Shown: in pieces, positions 27,559 to 40,800 of the stretch
How the letters are laid out: each line of letters opens with the position of its first letter
Numbering within the stretch: the stretch's first letter is position 1
Assembly: GCF_025526975.1 (NCBI RefSeq)
Contig: NW_026515670.1
Span: 1,612,001-1,676,000, forward strand
DNA from: Fimicolochytrium jonesii
Lineage: Eukaryota
Direction of reading: 5' to 3'
Length of the DNA: 64,000 nucleotides
Position numbers and translations under genes: made by a program
The notes under the pieces: model-generated
The model's input: only the letters and a program-made list of their open reading frames with translations
Database searches by the model: none
Told to the model about the DNA's origin: nothing

Positions 27559-28445
27559 GGTGTGTAGTTGTTTGGCTTAGGCGGCTGTTGAGCGAGTGGA
27601 CGGCGGAGTAGCACCGGACTTCCTTCCGTGGGCGTGCGTGGCGTTGGTGTTGATACTGCTTTGCGGACAAGAGTGCTAGCAGCTCGTAGTAGTTGCAAGA
27701 CGACGAAGGAGGTGTTTTGATTTGTATTGTATTGCGTGCGAGTCTGGAGAGAGCGAGGGGGGGGGGGGGGGGGGGGGTTGGGTTTATGTAGTATTCTGAT
27801 TCCGGAGCGAGCGGTGTGCCTTTTGTCGCGAGCGCCGAGTGCCAACTTGCCAAGCCGTGAATCCGCCCCCCCTCCGAAGGTGCAAGCGGCAACTTGGTGC
27901 ATTCTGATTGGCTGCGGCCATCCCTCATCAGGCGCGCTTCGGACTTCCCTGCCAGATATCTACTGTATATCCTCTCGCTAGGGTTAGAGCCCCCCTCCCT
28001 GTGGCACCCAACCCCAGAAGTCACCGGCCGCCTTTTGTAACAACAGCGGCGCCCAGAACGACGTGTCCTTGCTTGCGGCCTCGTAACCAGGATATCTGGC
28101 TGGAAGACGGTGTGTCATTTACTGTACCTTTCCGGCGTGTTGGATTGTTACGGGTGGTGGCCTGCGCATTACGAACTGATCGGTAACTACATACATGACT
28201 TTCTTCCCTTTCCCCTTGCAATATCGCAATAGTTTTTTTCTCTTTTGAGCTCTCGGCATCCGGCCGGAAACGCATATAATGTCCGCTTCGCAAAAATGCT
28301 ATACATAAATATCTGGTTATGGGTGAGTGTGTGAAAAGATACAGTGAAGCAAAAGGGGGGAGTCGTTGCCACGCACACGGCGGTCTCCACCCATGCATGT
28401 CATATTAGTGATCGTTGGGCAGAAGTATTTTCTCGCAAAGTAGGT

Positions 28446-29882
28446 TTAGTCCTGGTGGTTGGCCTTCTTCTTGGCTTCCCGCTTCTCCTTGGCCTTGATT
28501 TCCTTTTCGGTTGTTGGCTTGACGGTTTCCCTATAAGAGTTTGAAGAGAGTCGGTATGGGTGTTAGGATCCCCCCGAATGATAGACACCATCGCGCTCTC
28601 TACGCCCGGCCTACATACCCGAAAGGGTTAGCGGCCTTCCAGGGCCTAACCAGCTCCGCAACAGGCTGCTTGCCCAATAGATGGATCTGAACAAGCTGAG
28701 TCGAGTAGAGAGCCTTGAAGCCGAGGATGGACTGCAAGAGAAGGGGGCGGAGGTATCCAAACTTGAAGTGCATGAGACCCAGGATGGCTGCGGCGATGGC
28801 CTGCGAGCGGAGCTGCTCGATGATCTTCTTGATGTCGTAGTCTTTGACGGTGGTGCGGATTGTGGTTGTGTTGCTGGGGTCTAGAGCGTTCGCAGCTTCC
28901 GTGTAGACTAGTGGTGTTTGGTCTGTTTGAGGATGGGGATGTGTGCGGAGGATGAGTGGAGATGTGTGTATGGGTTACGACTTTCAGCTTTCTTTGACCG
29001 CAACCTTTGACCGCCGCGCACAACCAAACACTCTCGTGTCTGTCCCGTCGCCCCTCAACCCTCTGTACACACCATTAGCGGCGACGACCTTGCTGTAAAT
29101 GAGACCCCAAACAATGACGGAGATGATCTGCATGCCGAGGTAGGCAGCACGGAGGTAAGGGGTGTTCTCCTCCTTGTCGAGCTCAAACTTGTTGGCCTGC
29201 GGGTCATGGAAAAGGTAAGTAAGCCATGCCGATGGAGGAATCGGAGCGAAAGCGAGGCGATGAATAGTTGGCGACAGACGAACGATGGCCCTCTGGGACA
29301 ACGGTGTTGGGCAAGCGATGTGGATAGGTCGGCTGTGTAATAACGTGTTACGTCTTTGGCGCAACCATGTCGCTTTACTCGAATCTCCTCCGGCGAAGAA
29401 GTAGAGCCGTGCGAGTTGGGACACGGCACATTCGGCGTTGCACTCGCTCCCCTGTGCGCGCCAGGGAGCGCTTCGGCTCGGCCGTGCGAATCATGCTCGA
29501 GCGCGGGACCGTCCACCCGCCTTCCACCCCACCAACCGCCTCACACCGAACGGCAAAGTAGAGCCGCGCGAGTTGGGGACACGGCGCATTCGGCCTTGCT
29601 CTCGCTCCTCTGTCCGCGCCAGGCAGCGCTCGGGCTCGGCCGTGCGAAACCATGCTCGAGCCTGGACCGTCCACCCTCCTTCCATCCCATCACACCCACA
29701 CCTCTCCAGTTCTCCTAACGTAACGCACCACTTGCATGAGCCCAAAGACCACAATGAGGTTTGTGATCTGTGAGTACGAGAGAGCGGGAAGTGAGTGTAT
29801 GAGTGCAAGTGATCACCGAAAACACGAATGTCAGCAGGATGGTGCGGCCGCTGAGTAGCCATGTACTTACGGCGGGGTTCAT
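28446..29882 (-). CDS. PHO88: ER-targeting protein Pho88/Snd3 (multi-exon)
   Basis: MNPA|ITNLIVVFGLMQV|ANKFELD..YLRAAY; TTVKDYD; LMHFKFGYLRPLLLQSIL; LVRPWKAANPF. Confidence 0.92.
29398..29692. repeat. Imperfect tandem duplication (about 157-bp period) inside PHO88 intron 2
   Basis: AAGTAGAGCCG-GCGAGTTGGG-ACACGGC-CATTCGGC...GGCTCGGCCGTGCGAA-CATGCTCGAGC..GGACCGTCCACCC occurs twice. Confidence 0.9.
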
Positions 29883-30425
29883 TGTGCGGGATGTGTACCG
29901 GGGGGGTGGGGGAACGTCGTGGCGGGTATGTGGTAGGGAGTTGTTGCAGTCGGATCACCGGCTCTTGTGGAGGGGCACTTCCGTTTGGAAGTGGAACAAG
30001 GCTCTGAACAAGGCTGGGCCTCCAGAAAAGACTCTAGAGTCTATAATAGACGCGCGCGCCCCGATGAAGGGTTCACATTCAGCGCCAGGCACCGCTTACA
30101 AGATATCGCCCAAAGACACCCGCTCTATTTCCAAATTTCTGTGGCCCACAGGCTCCCGAAAATAACGTATCAGAAAAGCAATAAGTTAAGCTACGTAAGA
30201 AAAATGAGGGGCCAAGATCCATCAAAAGACAACGACTACGAAAGACCTAGTAGTAGGGTACTATGACATCCCACGAGCCTACTCTAAGTCTTGAGTTCAG
30301 AGTTGCGGGGGGCACATGCCTCTCCATCAAACTCCATTGCTAATCTTAGTCCCCAGCCTTCCCATCTATCTATGCATCGCCGCCCCCCGCCGGAACGGTC
30401 CACCCAACTAACTCCCTTCCAGATC

Positions 30426-32231
30426 TCACCCCCGATACCCATTAACCAACCCCCCACCCGCGACCCCTCCTGTCGTCATCGAACCCAATTGCGCCCCTTG
30501 GACGCTCGAATGCGAATGCCCATGCGCATGCCCAGTATTCACCCCCCGCGACGCAAACGGCGGCGCAATATGCACGTGCGGGTGCGTATGCGTGTTGTGC
30601 TGTTGCGGGTGTTGTGGATATTGGTGTGGTGGTGACAGTGGTGGTGCTGGGGCGTGGTGGTGCGAGTGATCATGGGAGTGGCCGCCATGCGAGTGGTCGT
30701 GGTGGTGACCGTGCGAGTGATCATGATGCGAATGATCATGTCCATGGTCATGCGAATGCGCATGGTCGTGCCCATGCGACGGAGCAAACCCCCCTCCACC
30801 CCCCACCGCCCCCATCCCCACATTCCCCACCCCAACCTCCATCTGCACCAACACATCCCGCACGCCAACATCCCTCAAAATCCCGCCAATGCGCATCCGC
30901 AACCCCTCGACATCCGCCACATCACGGGTCTGCACTTTGATGGTCCCGACGTTTGTGCCGGGGGAGATTTCCCAGAAATGGGGGGTTGAGTAGCCTGTTA
31001 CCTTTTCGAGGGATGCGATCTGAACCAGAAGAAAAAAACCAATCGAGTGAGGACGTATGCAAACCGTGGATTTTTGATATTGGGGGAGGGGAAGTACCTT
31101 CCGATAGGCTTCGGGTAACTCCCGTTCGAGAGCGATGGGAACCCTCTGCAGTAGGGTGTATGTGGAGGATTTTAGGAGCGGCCAGAGGGAGGCGATGGTT
31201 AGGAGGGCGATGAAGAGGGAGCAGAGGGGGTCTGTCCATTGCCAGCCTGTTGTGAAGAGAGGGATTAGCGGATGGGTTGTGGTAGGTGATGAAGTGAATG
31301 GGGGATTGGAGGTCTTACCGTAGAGCTGGATGAGGATGGAGGAGATGATGACGCCGACGGAGCCGAGGGTGTCGGATAGGACGTGGAGGAACATGCCTGC
31401 CGGAAGGAGGGAACATCAGAACCTGTTCGGTGGCTCGTTCGACTTGATTACACAAATCACTCCAGAATCATCAAACCTACCCTCCATAAGATGACTATGC
31501 CCATGTCCACCGTGAGAATGCCCATGGGAATGATCATGCGAATGTCCATGTCCATGTCCATGGTCGTGGTCATGATGATCATGCCCGCCATGCCCATGTC
31601 CATGCCCATGTCCATGATCATGTCCCATCCCTCCATGATCAAACGCAAAAATGCCCACCAAATTCACCAGAAATCCCAGCACAGAAACCACCAACAACTC
31701 CCCCGTCTTCTCAATCGGTTGCGGGGCAAACAGCTTCTCCACGGCCTCCCAGATGATATTCCAGCTCGCAAACAGCAAGGCGAGGGCGTTTACGAATCCC
31801 GTCAGCGTTTCCACGCGGCCATAGCCGTACGTGAAGCGCTCGTTGGAGTCCCATTTGGCGATGACGGAGGCAACGAGGGAGAAGATGATGGCGGTGGAGT
31901 CGAACAGCATGTGGATGGCGTCGGCGGTGAGACCGAGTGAGCCGGTCCACCACCCATAGAGGAACTCGACGCCCGTGAAGGAGATGTTGAGGAGGAGAAA
32001 GAAGAAGACTTTGCGGGTGGCTTCGTCGGTGGAGATGGCGCGGATGTAGCGTTTGGCCTGGGTTAGGAGGGAGAGTTTACGGTGCTTGTCAAAGGTTGTC
32101 GAGGAGGAGAGGTAGGAGGCGGGGCCATGGGTATGAGTGTGGTGGGCGGTTTGGGGTAGGCCTTTGTAGAGAGGGAGGTTGTTGTCTCGCCCACCGCCGC
32201 CTATTGAGATGGAATGCAGCATGGAGGTCAT
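30426..32231 (-). CDS. Cation diffusion facilitator zinc transporter (ZnT5/ZnT7/Msc2-like)
   Basis: SLGLTADAIHMLFD, FTYGYGRVETLTGFVN, His-rich loop, FLHVLSDTLGSVGVI, DPLCSLFIA. Confidence 0.95.
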
Positions 32232-34523
32232 CCTCGCCGGGTGGTGTTGAGGAGTGAGAATGTCGTGCCGGTTGAACCCTCTCCTTGTTGGCGGGTCCGG
32301 TTTGCAGTTGATAACCCCCTTCTAGGAGGGTCGAACAACGAAGGAAGGAAGACGAAGCAAGACGACGATGGGAGTTGTTGAGCTGTACAGTAGAGTACTC
32401 AAACGAAAGCAATGCCGACGTCCAACGGCCAAGCGGGAAGGAATGGAAGGAAGGGCACGAATTTAGTCACAGCGGCAACTCGCGCCGTGGCGTCGCATCC
32501 CTGCTTGGCTGCTGCATACTGCACTTGGACAAAGTCGCTCATACCTAACACGCATTGCATTGCATTCGGACGGATATAGGCTCCACTTTCGGCACATTCC
32601 AACAATGAGTTGTAGAGCGAGTGTGAACGAAAGCGAACCATCAACCGTGTGAGCGACAGCCAACCATCAACCATTAACCACTTACCATGAACCATCAACC
32701 ACCCACCATCAACCCATCAACCATCAACGAGATGATAATAACTCTCGCTCAGCGAGAGCGCTCCCTTTACGTAGTAGCAAAAATCTGATGCTCGCTGTCG
32801 CTCTCCGCTCGCTTGCGAAGGGGTTTGGTTTGAACGAGCAGGGCATTCATTTAGGAAGCGGAAGGGAAAATGTGGGGCCCCGCCAACGAGGGTGATTGAC
32901 TCATGTCTACTCAGTTTTGTCAGGGAACATTGGAATTGGATCTCAAGAGCACACTGCGAGATGGTCATGGTCCTTCCACCAGAGCTGGAGCGCCTTTACC
33001 AGACAGACTCCACTCAGTGGCACCGACAGCCCTGCTCGTTGTGGTGGTAGTAAACAGGTCCGTAACTGTGTCTGGTGTGGATAATAAACAACAATCACGT
33101 GGGAGCAGTTTAAAAAGCGGCATTGCAATGATTGCATACAACATCCGCCGCGTATCCCGGGCATCGTCCTGTGGGCAGCGGGAGTGCTCTGGGAACAACC
33201 GGCGGCTCCGCTGCTCCGACGACCATCGCTTGTTACGTAAACAGTGAATGATATGGAACATTACGCGGGAGGCTTATTGCTGGTGCACCACCCATATGGA
33301 ATCATGGATGGAGATGCCGCCACCACCAACAACTGGAGACATGCATGCACAAAGTTTCGAACAGGCCTCATACGGGACTTCCGCTGGTTTCACAATACGA
33401 GGTGCCCCAAATTTGACCACCACCGGTTCAGCCGCCACAGCCCACAACCCGACGGCTTACCGCAGATGGCCCTGGCTCACGCAGCTCAGGCAGATGGCCC
33501 TTGCTGCGAGAACTGCTCACAAGGAACTGCCGCATCTTCACAAGCACTGAATGATGAAACGACCCGATGGTGCCGGCGATATCGTGGACAAGAGGGTTGG
33601 CGTGCAGGTCATTCATATCTATCTTTGGCGAACTGTCCTCTGCTGTTCCGAGGGCGATTCTGGGCACTCACGGGGCGGCAGGAGGTTCTCTGCGCGGGCT
33701 TCACACCTCTCTTTTGTCCACCAGGGGGCTTATAGTCCTTGTCTTCACCGTTGTCCACCACAGCGACAGGTTGCTTCCCCTTCGCCTTCGTGGGTTCCTC
33801 CTCCTCCACCATCCCCTCATCCTCTACATGCCCCTCGTTGTCCAACGACAATATGACCAACTCCACTGCTGAGTGTGGCTGACTACCCCTTCTGCTCCCA
33901 CGACAACTCTCCACCTCCTCCACCTCTACCACCTTCCGCTGTTTGTAGGGGGCACGGAATGCTCGTGGAACGCTGTCGCAGGCTGGCGGCGGTGGGTGGA
34001 CTGGGCTTTCGGCGTAGACGAGGACAACGTGACAGCGGCTCGCTTGGGTCTCGCAGCCTGGGCTCTCAGCTCCTTCATTCTCTGTGCGTGCTCTGCCTGC
34101 TGGGCTGCAATCTCGCGGGCATCTTCCGAAGGCATTTCGAAATGGTGACAGGATGTTGCTCCCACGGAAGCGACTTGAGACAGGTGAGAAGCTTGAGCTT
34201 TGGAGGTGCTCAGAATGCTCACTGGCTCGATGCAAGTGAAAAGGATCTCGCTGCCCTTTGCAATTGGTGTGGGCACTGTTGAGGACCAGGTTGAGGACTT
34301 AAAGGGGTTCCAGATCACGTGACGGCTCGTTCGTCGGACACACAATCCGAAGTTCGTCTGGGAAAGCTTCTGGCCATGTTCCATCGGCACAGGGCACCAT
34401 CGGCTTCCCTTCGACTTGACCGGAGACTCCCCAGCCGACTCCATAGACTGACTGTTCGTCCTTGCGAGATTGCGCGCGTACACAAACCTCGTTTTCACGA
34501 CCACCGAAAAGAACTTGCACAGC

Positions 34524-37130
34524 ATGTACGGCGGCGGAGGCGGCGGCGGTTACCGTCAGCAAATCACCGGAACAAACAATATCCCCCTGGGCACCCGCAG
34601 AAAGCGAGACGATTACGACGATCACGCTCCTCCCCCGCCCCCACCGATCAAACAAGAATACTCATATGGCGGCGGTGAAGAGCGCAGATATAACAACGTG
34701 CCTCCTCCACCTCCCGCCAGCGCACAGTCGGATCTCGCTGATGTGAAAGAAGAAGGTAATGTTTTCGGTATTGCTCCCTCGACTGGTCACCCGTTGCACT
34801 TTGTTCTCCCCCTTGGAGTGGGGCAGCTTGTTGGGGTGGGAAGACGTTGATATGGGGAGATAGCATTGGCGACACTCTTGCTCTGTTCTATGCACTCAAT
34901 ATATCAGTATCAACCCCAAACCTGCGCCTCTCCTCTGTTGTTAACCAACGTGACGCATATGGAGTATAGCCGCTCTACTGACCAGTCTGAGTGTACAGAG
35001 CGAACCAACCCCTCATGATTCTCTGACTGGTACTAACCTGATAACGTTCTCAAAATTTCTTATATTTCTAACGCGATTAACCGAAAACTCACAATCTCAC
35101 CAATACCTACTCACCGAAAATGATACCGCTAACCTACCGCGTGATCTCCGACGAAAACCCACATACTGGCTACTGATACAATAGGCAGGGAAGGTCGAGC
35201 CAGGAAACGCCGTTCTCGATGGGGAAATGAAGAGACGAAGATCAATATCCCGGGCATGCCAACGGTTTTGCCTGCTGGACTTGCCCCTGAGCAGCTGGAC
35301 GCCTATGTCATACACATGAGACTTGAGGAAATCGCGGTGAAGTTGCGGAATGGGGATTATGTGCCGCCTGAGAAGGACCGGTATGCAATGCTCGAATCAG
35401 CATCTCCTGTAATCCGTCTTACTGACTTTCCCTGTTTTAGTTCGCGATCACCTGAACCCATCTACGGCGCAGATGGTAAGCGTATCAACACTCGCGAATA
35501 CAGATACAGGAAGAAACTGGAAGACGAGCGCCACAAGCTCGTCGAAGAGGGTCTGAGGAAGCTGCCTGGTTTCAAGCCTCCTACAGACTACAAGCGTCCC
35601 AGCAAGACTTCGGACAAGATCTACATCCCCGTTAGGGATTATCCGGAGATCAACTTCATCGGGCAGTTGATTGGTATATCCGTCTTCAAGCTTTCTACTT
35701 TGGACACCTTTGCTCATGTATTTGTATTTGTACAGGTCCGCGTGGAACAACCCTGAAACGCATTGAATCCGACTCTGGAGCGAAAATCAGTATTCGTGGA
35801 AAAGGTTCCGTCAAGGAAGGAAAAGCCCGCGCGGACGGATCGCTCGCACCTGGCGAAGAAGAGGACTTGCACTGTCTGGTCACCGCCGATTCGGAGGACA
35901 AGGTTAAGATTGCCATCAAGGCTATTGAAAAAGTGATTGAAACGGTAAGCATTGTTGCGTTGTTATTGTTGCGTCTTTGGGTGATTTTCCTGACAGATTG
36001 CTGATCATTTTGACAGGCCGCGAGTGTACCGGAGGGGCAGAACGAATTGAAGAGGATGCAGTTGCGTTATTTGGCTGAACTTAATGGAACGCTGCGTGAT
36101 GATGAGAACCAGACTTGTCCCAACTGCGGTGGAGTTGGTGAGTTTTACACTCGTGAAGTGTATGTTTGCATACCACTTGGGAAACTGATGCAATTTCATT
36201 TTAGGTCATCGTCGTTTCGAATGTCCTGAGCAGAAGAATTTCACTGTCAATTTGGTATGCCGTATTTGTAACGGTGTCGGTCACGCTGCCAGAGGTATGT
36301 GCAACTTTTTCCCCCATCTAAGCCCTTCAGAGACTGATTCGCACGACATTCGACAGACTGTATGCAGCGCAACGATCCCGAAGCGTTGCGTGAGGCGGAG
36401 CAGCGTGATCAGAAACTCGACAGCGAGTATGCCAACCTAATGGCTGAGCTAGGGGACTCCAGTGCGGGAGCCGCCGGGGCCGGACCTGTCGCGCGTTCGG
36501 TATGTTTACTTTTCGTCACTCAGCTCTCAACCGTCAGTCAATAACCCAACCTTTACCCAACGATTGTTAGAACCACTATGGACCCGGCCGTCCCTCCGGC
36601 CCACCCTCCGCAGCACCAGGCGGACGTCCCCCATGGGCTAGCGGCGGCGGCGACCGCGGACCATCGACCGGAGGAGCCGGCGCCCCTCCACCATGGGCAC
36701 GACGAGACAACGGCCCTCCATCAGGCCCACCACCGCCATGGCAGCAAGACCCTATCGCTCCTGCTCCCCCGGGATACGGTCCTCCTGGTAGGTTTCCCCA
36801 CCCCACCTCATTACTTCCCGTCTCCACGCACTCATCTCAGATCTTCTCTCATCACCTTCTCATCTCTCATCAGGCATGGGACCCCCCGGAGCCCCCAACA
36901 TGGGACCCCCAGGCGCCCCCGGCATGTCACCCGCTCCCTGGAACCAACCTCCCCCCGGCGCCTACATGCCCCCGTACGGCGGCGGCGACTACTACGGCGG
37001 TGGCGGTGGTATGGGTGGCCCACCCGGTATGGCTCCACCTGCTCCGCATATCCCTGCGCCGGCGTGGGCTCCACCTCCGCCGCCGCCGCCGGCTGATCAG
37101 GCGCCTCCCCCGCCTCCGCCTGCGTATTGA
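34524..37130 (+). CDS. MSL5: Branchpoint-bridging protein / splicing factor 1 (KH-QUA2, two zinc knuckles, Pro-rich tail)
   Basis: [80 protein letters not shown]. Confidence 0.97.
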
Positions 37131-37866
37131 GGGGAGACGCTAGGGGTGGTGGTTATGGAAGGGAACTGGAAGGGTTTTGTAGTGTAGGCGTTTGAAGGAG
37201 TTGTGAGTAAACGTCGGGAAATGAAACCGTTTGGAGGGTATTGTTTGTGCATGTCCAAATCTTGACCTTTTCCCACCCGGGCGTGGTATTTGTGATCGAT
37301 TTCATGAGAATGGGGGAATGTCATGTTTTGGTCAAGACAAGTACAGTACATAGTACGGCTCTTCCCGCATGATGCATGCATATGTGCAGTCCCGGTGCGC
37401 GAAAATCGATTGCTTATACCATCAACTACTCCCCAACATGTATTGCTGTGAACAACGCCCTTCTACGGAAAATGCAGTACTACGGATGACACTGCGCGGT
37501 GTTGGAGAAGGCTGCGCAGTCGCGTCGCGAGGACAGCCAACTCCGCAGAGAACTCCGCCGACGCTTTTTCCACAGCTCCTTTTTCTTGCCCATTCACTCC
37601 CATTTAAGACAACAAACGGGCAGCGTGGATAGCAAACACGGGCAGCGTCGTTAGCAACTACCTACATAGACCCACTGTTCTAGAAGTTTACGAAAAGCGC
37701 GTAAATAAACAGCGGTCAATCCGTCCCGTCTTCATAAGGGGGCACAGAGAACTCATACCCTCTCTCAAACCTTCCCAAGTCCCACGGTGCGGGCACCAAA
37801 TTGCCCATCATGCCCACATCCCTCCGCACCCCCACGACCCCAAAGTCCCCCGACGCCTCGACCCGC

Positions 37867-40800
37867 ATGGAAGACGCGGCGCACTTCCAACAGCTCCTCC
37901 GCGAGCTCGCCATTTCCGACACCGCCCCGACGGCCATCACCACCACCTCTGCCGCCTCCAACCCACCCGCCGCCACCACGGGCGTAGATTCCACAGGAGG
38001 GACGGCGGAAAACTTTGACCAGATCGCGTATATCATCAAACAGATATTCCAGGCGGGAAAGGAAGGGAGTTTCACGGATCAGTTGGCGGTGTTCATTGGG
38101 AAGAAGGAGGCGGAGATTGAGAAGATGTGTACGTTCCATTATCAGGTTAGGCCGAGGATCAAGGCCATGTCATGGTTCCCATACGTAAATAAGAATATTT
38201 AACTGACGTGAATGGTAATGGCCCCTCGTGATTTCAGGAATTCGTGCAATCGGTAGACCAGCTCCTCAAGGTACGGCAAGGCGCATCCACCTGGAAAGAC
38301 AAGATCCTCGACCTGAACGACCAGATCCAATCCTCAGGTCGTAAGATGGTCTCCAAGGTAAGAACAACCCCGTCCTCACACTTTTGTGAAAACCATTTGA
38401 CACATCGGTCTCGTAGAAACGCGAGATCATCGAGAACCGCCAAACGCTCCTCAACATTGAGCTCGCGGTCGAGTCGCTGCAGTCGTGTCTGTTTGTTCTC
38501 GACATGGCGAATAAAGTGAATACTAGTGTAGAGACGCATAAGTACTACACGGCTTTGAAGGTGCGTGTGGATCAATGAGTGCGGTTCCTTTGTTGAATGG
38601 AACGTTGACGACCCAGCTTTGTTGGATGATTCCGGTTTAGATGCTGGAAGAACTGCAGACGACGCATCTGCGGCCGGTGATGCAGTATACGTTTGCGCAG
38701 AGCATGCGTGAGTATTACCTCTGCTACATCCAAATTTTTTCTGTCCTAATATGACGTTCCGGGGGTCCCTGTCCGCAGAGGAGTTCATCCCTATTATGCA
38801 GGATAAGATCCGCGAACTGGTGCTGTTGGAGCTGCAAGAGTGGCTCGCCACGTACGTATCTCGTCTCGCCATGGCTTTCCTCTGCCTCTGCCTTGGGTGA
38901 AGGCGAACACGAACAAACTCCGAGGGCAGGCAAATCTCATCCTCGGCCATTCACAGCATAAAAGAACGAACCCGCACAATCGGTAAACGCTCCATCGAGC
39001 AAAACCAAGCCAAACGCGCGCGCACCCGCCAGCATCAAAACGCCGACACCATTGCGGCGGGAAGGCGGGTGTCCGCTGCTGCTAGTAGCCCGACTCTCGG
39101 GGCCGGGATGATGGGTGGGGGTGAGGAGGAAGGTGGGTGAAACATGTCGTGAGGGTGGATGTTGCGGAGACGTGGACTGATTTTATTGTTTGGTGGCAGA
39201 CCATATCGACGCGGGAGTCGATATCAACTTCCGACCGCTGTACCAGTGTCTGCACATTCACGAGGTGCTGAACAAACGGACGGAGCTGAGGACTTATTTT
39301 GGGGATAAGCGGAAAGTAAGTTCTGTATGCAGTGCCGAACTTTCCTGGCAGGATCTGGGTGTCACCATGGGCTCGCAATCCATATCCTGTTGTTCTAAGC
39401 CATTGTGCCTGATACCAATCCACTCATATAGATCCAAGCGAGCGTCCTCCTCGAGCAGAAATTTACATTCGACGAAGGCGATCTGGCCAGTTTCCAGCAA
39501 TACCTGTACGACGTGGTCGGGTTCTTTATCGTGGAGGCGATCGTGATGAACTCGACGCAGAATTTTAGGTCGAGGGGTGCGGTGCGTAACGTTCCTGCTT
39601 TCATGGACTCCCGCATCCACGATGTGGACTGACGGCTGATTTCGTTTGTTTAGGTGGAAGGCCTCTGGTCCAACGCCATGGAAAAAATGAACGACGTCAT
39701 CTCGGAGAGCCTGAATGAGTGTGGGGATCCGAAGTTGTTTCTGGCCATCAAGCGGTGTGTCGTGCATTTTATTGAGACCATGGAGGTGGGTTCCTTCGAT
39801 CGTGGAGGAGGGACATTGGTTCGCTAACTCCCGTACGTGTTGAAATGTAGTCGTATGGATTCGCGATAACGAGTTTGATGGACCTGATGCTGTCGTTGCT
39901 TGACCGGTATGCGGAGCTGATGAAGAACAGATGCGTCGATGAACTCGTGCAGGTAAAATCAGAGGGGCGTTCTTCGCGGGATTCGAAAGCGGAGCGGGCA
40001 GGCAGCCATGTTGCAAAATCGGGCAGACTCTAGCTATTCTTGGGGTCACTATGGCTGATGGACCTCCCCCCTCGCACCACTCAGATCATCGAAGAAGACG
40101 AATACGCCCCCATGATCGTCAACACCCAATCCGAATACGACGCCATCTCCACCGCCTCCAAGCTCAAACAAGATGCAGCGGGCAACATCAGCAGCGCCAG
40201 CCTCACAACCACCTCCGCCAAATCCGCCAAATCCTCCACCACAACCCCCAAACACATCCCCGCCGACTGGACCAACCAACTCCGCTTCCCCAAAACCCTC
40301 CCCTTCTCCCGCGGCTTCCCCCGCTGCTGCGCGTCCATACGCGCGTTCGTCGTGGGATTCTACCGCTTTGCCGAAGGGTTTGAGCAGCAGTACAACGAGA
40401 TGGATGATTTGTTGAAGAAGAGCCTGGAGCATGTTTTAAGCGAGGATCTGCTGGGTTGCATGATGGGGAAGATGATGGTGAATAATATAAGTCAGGTGGT
40501 GCAGATTTTGGTCAATCTGGAGTGGTTTGAGGGGGCTTGTGCGGAGTTTGAGGCGCTTTTGGGGGAGATGAGGTATGAAGTGCATATCAATACGAGGAAC
40601 CTGAGCTGCGTGTGTGTTTCTGAGATCCCCACCATCTAACCATCCAACGCAACCAGAACATCCAACAAATTAGGCACAGTCCGCCTGCACGCAACCCAAT
40701 CCTTCCGCGAGACCCGCTCCATCGCCGAGAAGCGCATGTTCGAGCTGCTGTACATGAAGATGGACGATTTCTTGGAGATGGCGGAGTATGATTGGTACGT

